Below, piece after piece: positions 16,732-25,770 of a DNA stretch of 38,764 bases. Made by a program: the position numbers and the translations under genes. The notes below the pieces were generated by a model, which worked only from the letters and a program-made list of their open reading frames with translations, made no database searches and was not told the DNA's origin. Numbering within the stretch: the stretch's first letter is position 1; every line of letters starts with the position of its first letter. The stretch comes from a virus (Duplodnaviria > Caudoviricetes): positions 1-38,764 of IMG/VR virus record IMGVR_UViG_3300020042_012255; one strand, written 5' to 3'.

Positions 16732-18720
16732 CTAGGATGCTAATTTTTGACTGTCTGGGTTATTGGCAATTTTTATAGCTTGTGCCAACTCAAAAGCTTC
16801 TCTGATCTGATTAAACTGAACGTCTTCAAGCTCCATCGCAAGTTTCACAAGATTTAAGTCGGACTCAATCTCTTTGTGTTCTGCGTTTGATTCAAGTTCA
16901 TGTACTTTAGCTATGCTTTCTTGAGCTTTAGCATATTTAAGTGTGTTATCTGCTTGACTCTTCTCTTGTTCTGATTGAGCTTGTGCTTGTGCTTGTTGAT
17001 TTTGCTGCTCAACTTGCGCTGCCATGTCTTCCATTACTTGCTTTTTGTTAGTAATGAATGCTGCTTCAAGAATGGATTTGTCAGCGATTGGAATTCCCAT
17101 TTCTTTGAAGTGCAAGAGTTGTTGGAGTTCCATCTGTCTTTGTGTAGTAGAGTAATTTCCTTCTTCGACAGCCACTGCATATTTAAGAGAGTGAGTTGTG
17201 AAGAATCTTGGATCGGGTTCATGACCAAGGATACTAGTAATTTTACCTTTACTGAAGTTCTTACGAATCGCTTGTAAACGAATTTTGCCATAAAGTCTTT
17301 GACTGTAATCTAGCTTGTCGAAAATGGTTTGAAGAGTTGTAAGACCTGCTCCTTGTCGTAGCATAGATAAAATACCAGATTGATCGTCTGACGCTGCGCC
17401 CAAAAGTTCTTCATTTACACCGGAAATTCTAGTGATGTCTTCAGAAAGTGATCTAGAAAGCTCTATCATCGATGCAGGAATACCAGGAGCTTCTATACGC
17501 TGTGCAACTTCTTGAATGTTCCTTCCTGCTTTAACAGGCACGAGAAAGCCTTGTCCTGATTGTCTAAATGCCTTCGGATCTACTACTCCGTCTACTTGAT
17601 AAATCCAACCTGAATTGATTTGAGATTGAAGAATATCAAGCTCAATAACCTTGCGCATGTTGTACAAATATTGCGCATCGCGAAGATTGCGAACTATACC
17701 GTATTGTCTCCACTGATATGACTGTATATCGGGCTCTCGATAACAGCACACTGGGACGAAAGGATAATTATCAATATTTAGTAGATTTTTTTCGTGATAG
17801 ACTATCTTGCCAGCAAGTGATATGACAAGTTTAACAGTTGGCACTTGAGTCTTGCGAGTGACAAGCCAAGGTTGCATCTTGAGAAGTTGTTGCATCTCGT
17901 CTTTAAGCTCTTCTTCATCTTCTTCCCACTCGACAGATTCACCCGTCTTAGGATCTAAGATAAGAGTTGCTTCTCTGCTTGTTCTGTAATGAAACTCATC
18001 GTACGTGAATAGCTGATTAGTTTGTAGATTGAGTAGCTCTGCTTGCAGAGGAAACCTGCCATCTTTCATCGAAGCTGGTTTCATTCTATCGATTTCTTTC
18101 CCGTATCCAGGAAGTAATGCTTTAGATTGAGACTTATTGACCCAACGTCTTCTCCAGATTCCATTGCAGTCGGTCAAGTCTTGCTTGCGCCAGTAAGAAT
18201 CTATGAGAACATTGTTATAACTGACGCAATCAGTAAAAAGATCGCCAGAAACAGGATCAAGAGTGTAATCAGGATACAAATGGAGCATAGAAAAGCCAGT
18301 GTCGAGGGCTCCTTCGAACGCTTGCGAAAGATATTCTTGAAACCCATCTCTATCTTCACTCCATTTCATTACTTTATTAAAGTCATCGGCCAAAGGGTCT
18401 GCGCCCTGCTGGTTGGGAACTGTGATTGTAGACTTACGATTTTGTCTCTGTCTTCCTGCAATCATATTGATATGACGCATGATTAGATTAAAAAAGAAAC
18501 GACGAGATTGATAGAATTGATTGTCGCCGTATATCATTGACCAGAGAGTCTGATCGCCGACTTTAAAGCGCTTGTCGATGCTGCCTTGTATCCAGAAAGC
18601 AGAATTGCTTGGATAGTTACCCTGATAGAATGAGTCCATCATTTGCTTCAAATGACTTGCACCTACGTCTGATGGATCTATATATCCTAGACTTAGCGAG
18701 CTAGCATCATACGAACCCAT
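16732..18720 (-). CDS. Portal protein (P22-like)
   Basis: 662 aa after the terminase; YPFVP, YGIVRNLRDAQ, ISGVNEELLG...SGI motifs and a Q-rich C-terminal coiled coil. Confidence 0.9.
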   Translation of the reverse strand: MGSYDASSLSLGYIDPSDVGASHLKQMMDSFYQGNYPSNSAFWIQGSIDKRFKVGDQTLWSMIYGDNQFYQSRRFFFNLIMRHINMIAGRQRQNRKSTITVPNQQGADPLADDFNKVMKWSEDRDGFQEYLSQAFEGALDTGFSMLHLYPDYTLDPVSGDLFTDCVSYNNVLIDSYWRKQDLTDCNGIWRRRWVNKSQSKALLPGYGKEIDRMKPASMKDGRFPLQAELLNLQTNQLFTYDEFHYRTSREATLILDPKTGESVEWEEDEEELKDEMQQLLKMQPWLVTRKTQVPTVKLVISLAGKIVYHEKNLLNIDNYPFVPVCCYREPDIQSYQWRQYGIVRNLRDAQYLYNMRKVIELDILQSQINSGWIYQVDGVVDPKAFRQSGQGFLVPVKAGRNIQEVAQRIEAPGIPASMIELSRSLSEDITRISGVNEELLGAASDDQSGILSMLRQGAGLTTLQTIFDKLDYSQRLYGKIRLQAIRKNFSKGKITSILGHEPDPRFFTTHSLKYAVAVEEGNYSTTQRQMELQQLLHFKEMGIPIADKSILEAAFITNKKQVMEDMAAQVEQQNQQAQAQAQSEQEKSQADNTLKYAKAQESIAKVHELESNAEHKEIESDLNLVKLAMELEDVQFNQIREAFELAQAIKIANNPDSQKLAS

Positions 18721-18748
18721 TGTAACCTAAAATTTTTAATATGATGGC

Positions 18749-18777
18749 AGAGTAGTAAAATATTTATTTAATGTAAA
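18749..18777 (-). promoter_or_regulatory. Candidate sigma70-type promoter for the portal operon
   Basis: TTTACA-N17-TACTCT on the minus strand; AT-rich context lowers specificity. Confidence 0.45.
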
Positions 18778-18826
18778 TAGCCTAAAGTTAATTTTTTAAT
18801 TCTGTGGAATTTATAACTGACAGTAA

Positions 18827-18899
18827 TGACGTTCAGGGCAGGAGTTGAACCTGCATTTATATTTCTATAAGTTTTGCTCTTTTGTTAAACTACCCTACT
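18827..18899 (-). pseudogene. Degenerate tRNA-like element
   Basis: Perfect T-arm GCAGG-TTCAACT-CCTGC, and GGG-TA-GTTTAA U8/A9/D-arm start; acceptor stem and anticodon arm broken. Confidence 0.5.
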
Positions 18900-19161
18900 A
18901 GTTGTTTTCTTTTAGCAAATTAGAGAATTTATTAAAAGAATTTCTAACTACCATCGAAACATATGTGTAGATTTGACTTCTTAAATTACTTCTAATTGAT
19001 TCTAATTCAATTTCAGTGAAAAAACAAGAAAGAGGGATTTTACCATTTTTTATTTCAAAAATAATTTCTTGTTTTATTTTATTATGAACATGATCATAAA
19101 GACCTTTCATTTTTTCATGACAAATTTTAGCTGCAATTTCTTTTACTCGATCTTCATTCAT
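18898..19161 (-). CDS. Hypothetical protein
   Basis: 87-aa AT-rich ORF coupled to the terL stop. Confidence 0.55.
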   Translation of the reverse strand: MNEDRVKEIAAKICHEKMKGLYDHVHNKIKQEIIFEIKNGKIPLSCFFTEIELESIRSNLRSQIYTYVSMVVRNSFNKFSNLLKENN

Positions 19162-20435
19162 TAATAATACCCCCCAGGACTTTGATTAAATATGTCAGGA
19201 CTATCCCCATATACTTTTCTTCTAAGTTGTTCAATAGTTAGATTCTCATCAGGATGATATAGTTCTCCGGTGGGGAATGCAGAGGCTATTGCATATCTAA
19301 GAGCGTCACAGATGTGATCATTCACTTTAACTGGTTTATCTTCTCCTCTATCAGCTGCTTTAGAATCCCATTCGTACGATGCTAAATGCTCTCGAAGCGT
19401 AGTGCATCCTTTCTGAATTACTAGGTTCTTTCCTGATATAAACTTAGATACAATCTTAATTCCTAAAATCACGTCGTTAGTAGCATCTATAACCGGAAGA
19501 TCATTTTGTCTTAGCTCAAGCTTAAGACTTGCTGCTGCCGGATCAACATAGATTGCTCTAATACTCTTATAACCAATGAACTCTTTGATATCTTTGACAA
19601 GCTCGAAGTCTGTTTTAGATCTGCCTTTCTTAGATGAATCCCAGTAATACTCAGACTCGACAGCAATTTGAGGCCATTGATTCGGTGTAATTGCACATAG
19701 AACAGCAGCAGTTGCGTTCGTAGTGCCGTAATCGACACCGACAATGTAGTAATTCGGATTGTTTCTAGGATTTTCATACAGATTCATTTCGTCAAAGTTG
19801 TCGTATATAGCGCCGTGAGCTGCTGCCCATTCTCCTAAAATTAGACGACGATAGAATATTCCAGAGAGAGATGCCTTTGTATCTTTTATGTATGCAGGAT
19901 CAAGACTTGGGTTGTCTTCAATATTAAAGTCCCAGTGAACCAAGTCTATTTCTTTTCCTCTGTCAAGATATTCTTTCTTAAGCCAGTGAGCTGGGCCCTC
20001 AGGGTTTCCGGTCGCTAATAGCTGCGCGCCTGGCACTCTAAGACGAGTGACAAGCATAGACCAAGCTGGATATGGCATTTTTGGAGCTTCGTCAACATAT
20101 GCAATTGCGAGTGTAGATCCTTGTATAGATGAAACAGCTCTCTCGTTGTTACATCCGACAAAATAAATTCGTCTTCCGTATAGTTTAGCTTCGTTAGTCT
20201 TAGAGCTTGGAGTTGGAAATCCCATCCGATCGTATAAATCTTTAAGAATGTTACGCTGAATTGATTCTCTTGATACTCCTAAAATCATGCAGTCACCTGC
20301 CGGCGCGTGTTGAATTAAGTGTATAAGTTTATCGATAGATGCGTAAGTCTTACCTGAGCTGACTGCTCCTATCCATAGATTGAATCTGTGAGTTGCTTCG
20401 TTGTAACTCTGGATTTGTTTTGGACTTAAGATCAT
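19161..20435 (-). CDS. terL: Terminase large subunit (PBSX-type)
   Basis: Walker A GAVSSGKT, Walker B IAYVDE, ATGNP, nuclease GVDYG and DHICDALRYA. Confidence 0.95.
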   Translation of the reverse strand: MILSPKQIQSYNEATHRFNLWIGAVSSGKTYASIDKLIHLIQHAPAGDCMILGVSRESIQRNILKDLYDRMGFPTPSSKTNEAKLYGRRIYFVGCNNERAVSSIQGSTLAIAYVDEAPKMPYPAWSMLVTRLRVPGAQLLATGNPEGPAHWLKKEYLDRGKEIDLVHWDFNIEDNPSLDPAYIKDTKASLSGIFYRRLILGEWAAAHGAIYDNFDEMNLYENPRNNPNYYIVGVDYGTTNATAAVLCAITPNQWPQIAVESEYYWDSSKKGRSKTDFELVKDIKEFIGYKSIRAIYVDPAAASLKLELRQNDLPVIDATNDVILGIKIVSKFISGKNLVIQKGCTTLREHLASYEWDSKAADRGEDKPVKVNDHICDALRYAIASAFPTGELYHPDENLTIEQLRRKVYGDSPDIFNQSPGGYY

Positions 20436-20850
20436 CTAATTCTTTTTTAAGTTTTTGCATTTCATATTGAGAAGCATAGAAAGCATTCTTCATATCAATA
20501 CTTTCTTGAATAGGTGACGCTGTTTTTTCTTCGTGATCTTTTTGACCAAGCCACTGCTTACCGAGCCAGATTGCCATTGCAGAATTAGTTTCAGACATTC
20601 TAAATTGATTTCTTCTTAAGCTGCTTTTACCGCCTTCCGAATACTTTTTATATACGCTCGCGAATGGTTCTTTATAGTTATCTTCAACTCTTCTGATTAA
20701 AGTCTCGTGATGTATTTTTAAAAAAGAGGCGATTTCGCTTTGTGTGCATTGAATATGACATAGTTCTTCAAAGATTTTCCAATCTATATCAACCAACGGA
20801 CGGCCGGTAGGCTTAGTTTTGAAAATTCCACGGGGCATGCAACTACTCAT
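20350..20850 (-). CDS. terS: Terminase small subunit (putative)
   Basis: GRP...HTH (CTQSEIASFL) and MAIWLGKQWLGQ motif, directly upstream of terL. Confidence 0.8.
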   Translation of the reverse strand: MSSCMPRGIFKTKPTGRPLVDIDWKIFEELCHIQCTQSEIASFLKIHHETLIRRVEDNYKEPFASVYKKYSEGGKSSLRRNQFRMSETNSAMAIWLGKQWLGQKDHEEKTASPIQESIDMKNAFYASQYEMQKLKKELDDLKSKTNPELQRSNSQIQSMDRSSQLR

Positions 20851-20920
20851 TAAATAAATGAGATTAAACTCTTGTCAAGTTTTTATTTCAACTTAAATTA
20901 AAGTAATTTATTTAAAAACA

Positions 20921-20966
20921 AAATGCTTGCAAGATAAATCGCATATCATTTATGATATGCATATCA
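20921..20966 (+). promoter_or_regulatory. Promoter/operator P1 with GCATATC sites
   Basis: TTGCAA-N18-TATGAT overlapped by GCATATCAT-TT-ATGATATGC and the palindrome TGATATGCATATCA. Confidence 0.75.
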
Positions 20967-21001
20967 GTATGTAAAACATACCAAACCCAAAAGGAGAAAC
21001 T

Positions 21002-21262
21002 ATGAATAACTTACAAAAAATAGCTACAGACATAAGTGGATACAGCTTAACAGATGAGGCAGGCGCAAGAAACGACTATTTCTACGATTTAGAAACTTAC
21101 AAAGAACAATTAGAATTTATTAAAGATTATTCTAATACAGTAGACGACGTAATGCCGTTAGATGATCGTGAAGCAAGACAAATTGTAAATTACTTAACAG
21201 CAGATTTTGATTGCGGTGATGATCGTTGGTATGCTTTAAATGAACTTGGATGGAATGGATAA
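21002..21262 (+). CDS. Small acidic early protein
   Basis: 86 aa, strong AAGGAG SD, sole gene behind P1. Confidence 0.75.
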   Translation: MNNLQKIATDISGYSLTDEAGARNDYFYDLETYKEQLEFIKDYSNTVDDVMPLDDREARQIVNYLTADFDCGDDRWYALNELGWNG

Positions 21263-21305
21263 GAATGTAGTAAAAAGACAACATTTACCTACATTCTTAT
21301 CCATT

Positions 21306-21509
21306 TTAATCTTTTGGGGGATTTGGCAGTGGCATCCAATGGGTAAGATCTTCGTCGTACTCACGGTCGCAACAAGTGCAAATTATAGATTGTAATCTCC
21401 ATTTTACATAAACAAAAACATTTTCAGCTACGATTATGAATTCGCCATTGGTTGCTAAAACATGAGTTGATGGAGGGGGCATACGATCCTCGAAGCTAAT
21501 CCATTGCAT
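21306..21509 (-). CDS. DUF551-like protein
   Basis: MQWISFEDRMP...THWMPLPNPP; GAGGT SD before ATG 21509. Confidence 0.8.
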   Translation of the reverse strand: MQWISFEDRMPPPSTHVLATNGEFIIVAENVFVYVKWRLQSIICTCCDREYDEDLTHWMPLPNPPKD

Positions 21510-21531
21510 CTCTACCTCTTTTTTCTCCAAT

Positions 21532-21625
21532 TACCAATTTCCTACCAAAATCTACTTCCTACCAAAATCTACCAATTTGGTATTAAAATAATTTTTATAT
21601 TTCTGAACCCTGAATAACCCTGAAA
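21532..21625. repeat. Short repeat cluster
   Basis: TTCCTACCAAAATCTAC x2 (21539-21572), inverted repeat TACCAA-T-TTGGTA, AACCCTGAA x2. Confidence 0.7.
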
Positions 21626-22256
21626 ATCAAATCTTCGCGGTTGAAGTATTTGATAATTTTTTTTCAAAATAATCCTCTTTTTTAATCCATTTTTTCTTCA
21701 TATTTGGTTTGATCAAATCGTTTGTCAATCAAAGCTTCTTCCCAATATTGTTGAACTACAGCGTAACTTTTTTCATATGTTTGTTCTAAACATTGTTGAA
21801 GTGTTTCCCGAAGTTTATATCTTTTTCTCGCAAATCCTGACATATTTATCCAATCACCAATTTCGTATTAAAAGAAATTTTTATCTATTTTCGCGCTTTA
21901 GAAAAATAGTTTTTTGCAAATAAAGCAATTTTATTTTTTTGAATTTTGTAAAAATATATTTTCATTGTACTTATATTTCCGAGACGTGTTAAGTCTGTTA
22001 AATCTTGCAAAAAACTTTTTCCGCGAGAACTATAAATGTTATCTGATAATTTTTTTTCCAAAATAATCCTCATTTTGCTAGAGTGTTTGCATAAGTCAAA
22101 AATTTCTGTAAATTATTTCCTAACTACTTTCCTTAATTTTAAGTTTTAAGTTTAGCCTTAATGAGAAATCAGAGGAAGGATTGAGGGTTTTAGAACGTCT
22201 GATAATTACTATTCTGTTGTAAATCATGTTTTGATAGCAAAATTCTTAATTTATTC

Positions 22257-22484
22257 TTAACGATGTAAAGTCCAATTTTTAATAAGATTTCTCCCCAAAT
22301 TTGCGTTAAACTTCAGCTGTTCTATAAAATCTTTTGCTTCTTTAGCATTTTTAGCGTTAAACAAGATAAGAATAGACACATAGTCGCCGATTTCTTGTGC
22401 ACATACTTCAAAATCTTCGTTTACATATATTCGTGAAATATTTTCTAAGTTGATTAAATCTCCGCATATGTCTTCAATCCACAT
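22257..22484 (-). CDS. Hypothetical protein
   Basis: 75 aa, LINLENISRI motif common in small phage proteins; overlaps the upstream gene. Confidence 0.6.
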   Translation of the reverse strand: MWIEDICGDLINLENISRIYVNEDFEVCAQEIGDYVSILILFNAKNAKEAKDFIEQLKFNANLGRNLIKNWTLHR

Positions 22485-22719
22485 CTTCGTTTCCTTTTTT
22501 AAATCTATCTCTGGTTTTTTCTACCATTTTCTTTATATCTGAAAAAACAATCTCTAAAACTTTTTCTTGAGTGTCTACTTGAAAGTTTTTTGCAATAGTG
22601 TAAGCGAGCATTAAAGAGATTGTTTCAATTTGTTCAAAGTGATTAAATTCATTTGACAAATCTTCAATAAATTTTTTACATAAAGAAAATTCGATACGCT
22701 TGTCTTCTTCATCTCTCAT
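22474..22719 (-). CDS. Hypothetical protein (weak paralogue of 27537..27761)
   Basis: 81 aa in a tightly coupled gene run. Confidence 0.55.
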   Translation of the reverse strand: MRDEEDKRIEFSLCKKFIEDLSNEFNHFEQIETISLMLAYTIAKNFQVDTQEKVLEIVFSDIKKMVEKTRDRFKKGNEDVD

Positions 22720-22933
22720 TTTCCCTTTCCTTAATCTTTTCAGTAATCTCTACAGCTAGATCGAAGTCAATTTTAAACTTGCGAATAAGTACTGAAGGAG
22801 AAATCTTTTTCTCTTTAGAGAGTTGTAGGCATTCATAGAATAGATCGGTGTTCATATCATCTTCTATATCCAGCACAATCAAGACACACAAGTCCCAGCG
22901 ATCTCCATAATTCAACAATCTCAGCATTTTCAT
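22709..22933 (-). CDS. Small winged-helix-like protein (FtsK-gamma-like pattern)
   Basis: KKISPSVLIRKFKIDFDLA; the true start is probably the internal Met (MNTDL). Confidence 0.5.
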   Translation of the reverse strand: MKMLRLLNYGDRWDLCVLIVLDIEDDMNTDLFYECLQLSKEKKISPSVLIRKFKIDFDLAVEITEKIKERENER

Positions 22934-23474
22934 CTAAACAAAATAGTACGTCATAGTTGTCTCGAATATGCTTTTCGTAGATTTCTCGTTTGATTTCAAC
23001 GTCTGGTCGGAAATCATCATCTGGGCGCATGAAAAGATTCTCAAATAAAACATTTGGATGTTCTAATGTTTTATACATATCAAAATCGCCTTCCCATTTA
23101 TATATCCATTGACCAATCTGAAAACTAGTTAACAATCTAAATTTTTCTTTTCTTGCAGTGACAAATAAAATTTCTAAGCCCCACCAACATTGTACCAATA
23201 AATCTACACACCACTCATTCGGAGTGTCGTGAATCATGGCGGCATTGAATGCATTCCAATCTGGCTTCCATTGTTTATTTGTATCTTTATATAAAAATCC
23301 AGATTTGCCATTTAAGTATTTATCTGATTCTTCCCAGTTGATAGATTGACTACAATAATATAAATCAAAACTACCGCATTTGTTTTTTACAAAATTGTAA
23401 TCAACAAAATGTCTTCTATGGTTTATATTCGCGAGCGTTCCGTCAATATCACAAATTATTGCTTTAGTTTTCAT
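22857..23474 (-). CDS. HAD-family polynucleotide 3'-phosphatase (T4 PNK phosphatase-like, no kinase domain)
   Basis: AIICDIDGTLA, FVTAR, LFMRPDDDFRPDVEIKREI, CLDEN...WRSLGL. Confidence 0.85.
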   Translation of the reverse strand: MKTKAIICDIDGTLANINHRRHFVDYNFVKNKCGSFDLYYCSQSINWEESDKYLNGKSGFLYKDTNKQWKPDWNAFNAAMIHDTPNEWCVDLLVQCWWGLEILFVTARKEKFRLLTSFQIGQWIYKWEGDFDMYKTLEHPNVLFENLFMRPDDDFRPDVEIKREIYEKHIRDNYDVLFCLDENAEIVELWRSLGLVCLDCAGYRR

Positions 23475-23499
23475 ATCAACTCCAAAGTTATTTATTATA

Positions 23500-23706
23500 T
23501 TACTTCGGTGCTTTAGGAATAGGCATCCAATGACTCACTGAACAACGATCATTTACAAGCCGACAAGCCCATAGCCAATCGTCTTCGTCGGTTTCATTTG
23601 GGCAAAGAATAACATAATCTATGTTGAATTCTTCATCTTTATCCGAAAACGTAATAACATGAACATATTCTTCGGGCAATTGATCTTTTACACTTATCCA
23701 TTCCAT
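23500..23706 (-). CDS. DUF551-like protein
   Basis: MEWISVKDQLP...VSHWMPIPKAP. Confidence 0.8.
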   Translation of the reverse strand: MEWISVKDQLPEEYVHVITFSDKDEEFNIDYVILCPNETDEDDWLWACRLVNDRCSVSHWMPIPKAPK

Positions 23707-24107
23707 ATAAATCCCATTGGTTCTCCACCTTTGGCAAAAAATGTCCGCGTTTTCTTTTTATCTTTTTGTGAAGACTCTTTTACTTCTTCCTTTTTTTCAG
23801 GATTTCCTCTTATGTGATATATCATGGCAATTATTTCCTCTATGCATAGGTATTCATTGAGATTTGGCCAATAAATTGCATCATTTTCAACGGAAAATTT
23901 ATAGTCTTGTCTTTGAATCTCATTTGCGTGCCACAATTTTGGGAAAAACAAAATAGGGAAGGAAATACTTACGCCATTAACCATATCAATGACTAGGCAA
24001 TCTTGAGTAAAGTAAATGTATTCAATGTAAAATTTCTTTTCTTCAATCTTTGCCATAATCACATCCATTTTTTTTAGAAAAAAGAACTCTTCTAAGCTCA
24101 TAAACAC
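23694..24107 (-). CDS. DUF2442-like protein (start uncertain)
   Basis: L.IDMVNG..ISFPILFFPKLWHANEIQRQDY...AIYWPNLNEYLCIE fits the DUF2442 pattern. Confidence 0.75.
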   Translation of the reverse strand: MFMSLEEFFFLKKMDVIMAKIEEKKFYIEYIYFTQDCLVIDMVNGVSISFPILFFPKLWHANEIQRQDYKFSVENDAIYWPNLNEYLCIEEIIAMIYHIRGNPEKKEEVKESSQKDKKKTRTFFAKGGEPMGFIWNG

Positions 24108-24392
24108 AACAACAACTATTTTTCTTATTTCTTGATAATCTTTTTATTGTTGATTTTTTTGTCATCTGCTTGTTTCTCATCCTGGGAGCCACCAAATGCA
24201 TATCCATTCCAAGAATCTCCTGTTTTTAAAGATAAAAAATCTTTTAATTCTTCTATTATTACTGTCATTTGTTCAGATTCTTTTTCATTCATTTTTTACC
24301 TATACTCATAAATAACTGCCGCAGAAAAATTGTAACTAGTTCCAAAAGCTTCTACTTCATAAATTTCGTATATTTTTTGTAAAATGCCGACT

Positions 24393-24587
24393 CTATATTT
24401 TTTTATCATTCTCAATTGATTCAGTATCAATTTTTACTGAAGAAATGAATTGAAAATTAAAATTAAATTCAGTGTCAGTATTCAGCAAAATTTGCTCGTA
24501 AATATGTTTTGCATCCTCTTCGGAATCGGCTTCTATAATTTTTTTTGGATATAGAGTTAGCCTAGCCATGACTTCAAATTTTTGCAT
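24393..24587 (-). CDS. DpnD/PcfM-like small protein
   Basis: IIEADSEEDA motif. Confidence 0.6.
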   Translation of the reverse strand: MQKFEVMARLTLYPKKIIEADSEEDAKHIYEQILLNTDTEFNFNFQFISSVKIDTESIENDKKI

Positions 24588-24765
24588 GATCCACTTCTAA
24601 TTTATCTATTACTTCTAGATCTGTAGCCGTTCTCTCCCAAGTTCTTCCTGTAGAAAAAACGGGATCTATTTTTTGAGCAAGTTGTCTTGCTTCATATTCA
24701 GTATCTGCTTCTACTTCTACTTTATACCAGTCCATAGAACACACGTTGACTCTATATTTCTTCAT
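24574..24765 (-). CDS. DpnD/PcfM-like small protein
   Basis: MKKYRV...VEVEADTEYEA motif; tandem paralogue of its neighbour. Confidence 0.6.
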   Translation of the reverse strand: MKKYRVNVCSMDWYKVEVEADTEYEARQLAQKIDPVFSTGRTWERTATDLEVIDKLEVDHAKI

Positions 24766-25081
24766 CTATTTCCTCTTTGCTATTTACTGAGTCGTTTTCA
24801 ATTTGAATGCTAAAAAACAGATTTGTGGCAATCGATTTTTTTCTAAAAGTAATTCTTCTTCTTTTCACAAAAGCTTTGTGAAGCTTTATAGCGTCTTCAG
24901 CAGAAACGTTGCAGAATTGTAAATCACTAGAATCTCCAACACTGGAAGATAATTCGACATAATATTTAATGTTGTACTCTTCCTTTTTCATCAGATTTGT
25001 CTCTATGTTTTTTATTATTCTGTTGTCACATACGTGAGAAAAATATTTATAACTGGCGAAATCGATGTTTTTAAGACACAT
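24752..25081 (-). CDS. Hypothetical protein
   Basis: 109 aa in a coupled gene run. Confidence 0.5.
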   Translation of the reverse strand: MCLKNIDFASYKYFSHVCDNRIIKNIETNLMKKEEYNIKYYVELSSSVGDSSDLQFCNVSAEDAIKLHKAFVKRRRITFRKKSIATNLFFSIQIENDSVNSKEEIDEEI

Positions 25082-25095
25082 TCCGCCACTTATAA

Positions 25096-25290
25096 TTATT
25101 TCTCTTCTTCTTTAAATTCTTTAACTTGCTTGATGACCATTAAATTAGTTCTTAGAAAAAGAGAACGCCAGAACCCTATTTTTGGAAAATATTTTCTTAG
25201 GTGATACCACTTGAAAATACAATATATGAATCCGCCAAAAGGCCATAAAATACCAAACAACAATGTGACTAAAATACTTCCTTCTCTCAT
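25096..25290 (-). CDS. Small membrane protein
   Basis: N-terminal hydrophobic helix; AGGAG SD. Confidence 0.65.
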   Translation of the reverse strand: MREGSILVTLLFGILWPFGGFIYCIFKWYHLRKYFPKIGFWRSLFLRTNLMVIKQVKEFKEEEK

Positions 25291-25373
25291 GTTAACTCCT
25301 AATTTTTGTTAATAAATAAAAAAAATACAGCACTGTGACAAGTTTTAAAAAAAATATTTCACTCTTTTTCACA

Positions 25374-25568
25374 TCAGTGCCCTGGAAAACTTTCAGACCA
25401 ATAAGTCACGTTATATATAATAGGCTTTCCTTCAACAACAGCGTTTGCCGTAATTCTTACAGTAATTCGCTCGTTTGTAGGCAAAGTAGCAATAAATTCA
25501 ATTGCGTCATTGAATTGTGAAAACTGCACTGTTACCCAAAAAAACAGGAAATTCAATAGTAGTTTCAT
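25374..25568 (-). CDS. Small protein, paralogue of 26607..26807
   Basis: MKLLLNFLFFW...FS vs MKQLFSFLFAW...FS; TAGGA SD. Confidence 0.6.
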   Translation of the reverse strand: MKLLLNFLFFWVTVQFSQFNDAIEFIATLPTNERITVRITANAVVEGKPIIYNVTYWSESFPGH

Positions 25569-25770
25569 ATAATAATTCCTATCGGATTGTTCGTTTACAT
25601 AATATGATTGTCATTACTTAATCTCTTTAATTCTTATTCGTCTAAAAACATCATTTTCGTTAATCAGACCAAGTATTTTTCCAGCCGTTAGTGAAATTCT
25701 GGGTCTGTCACAAGATCCGCAAACTCCGTACACTTCAAAACTTTTTGGATCGCACTGATTGCAATAATTC

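Noticed and set aside
18827-18899. Functional tRNA gene
   Set aside because: Acceptor stem mismatched, no 7-nt anticodon loop and no CCA. Kept only as a tRNA-like remnant.
21532-21625. CRISPR or mini-array
   Set aside because: Repeats are short and adjacent, with no unique spacers of regular length and no cas genes.
25096-25290. Holin (also 32767..32976)
   Set aside because: Single-TM small proteins in early regions with no adjacent endolysin; insufficient support.
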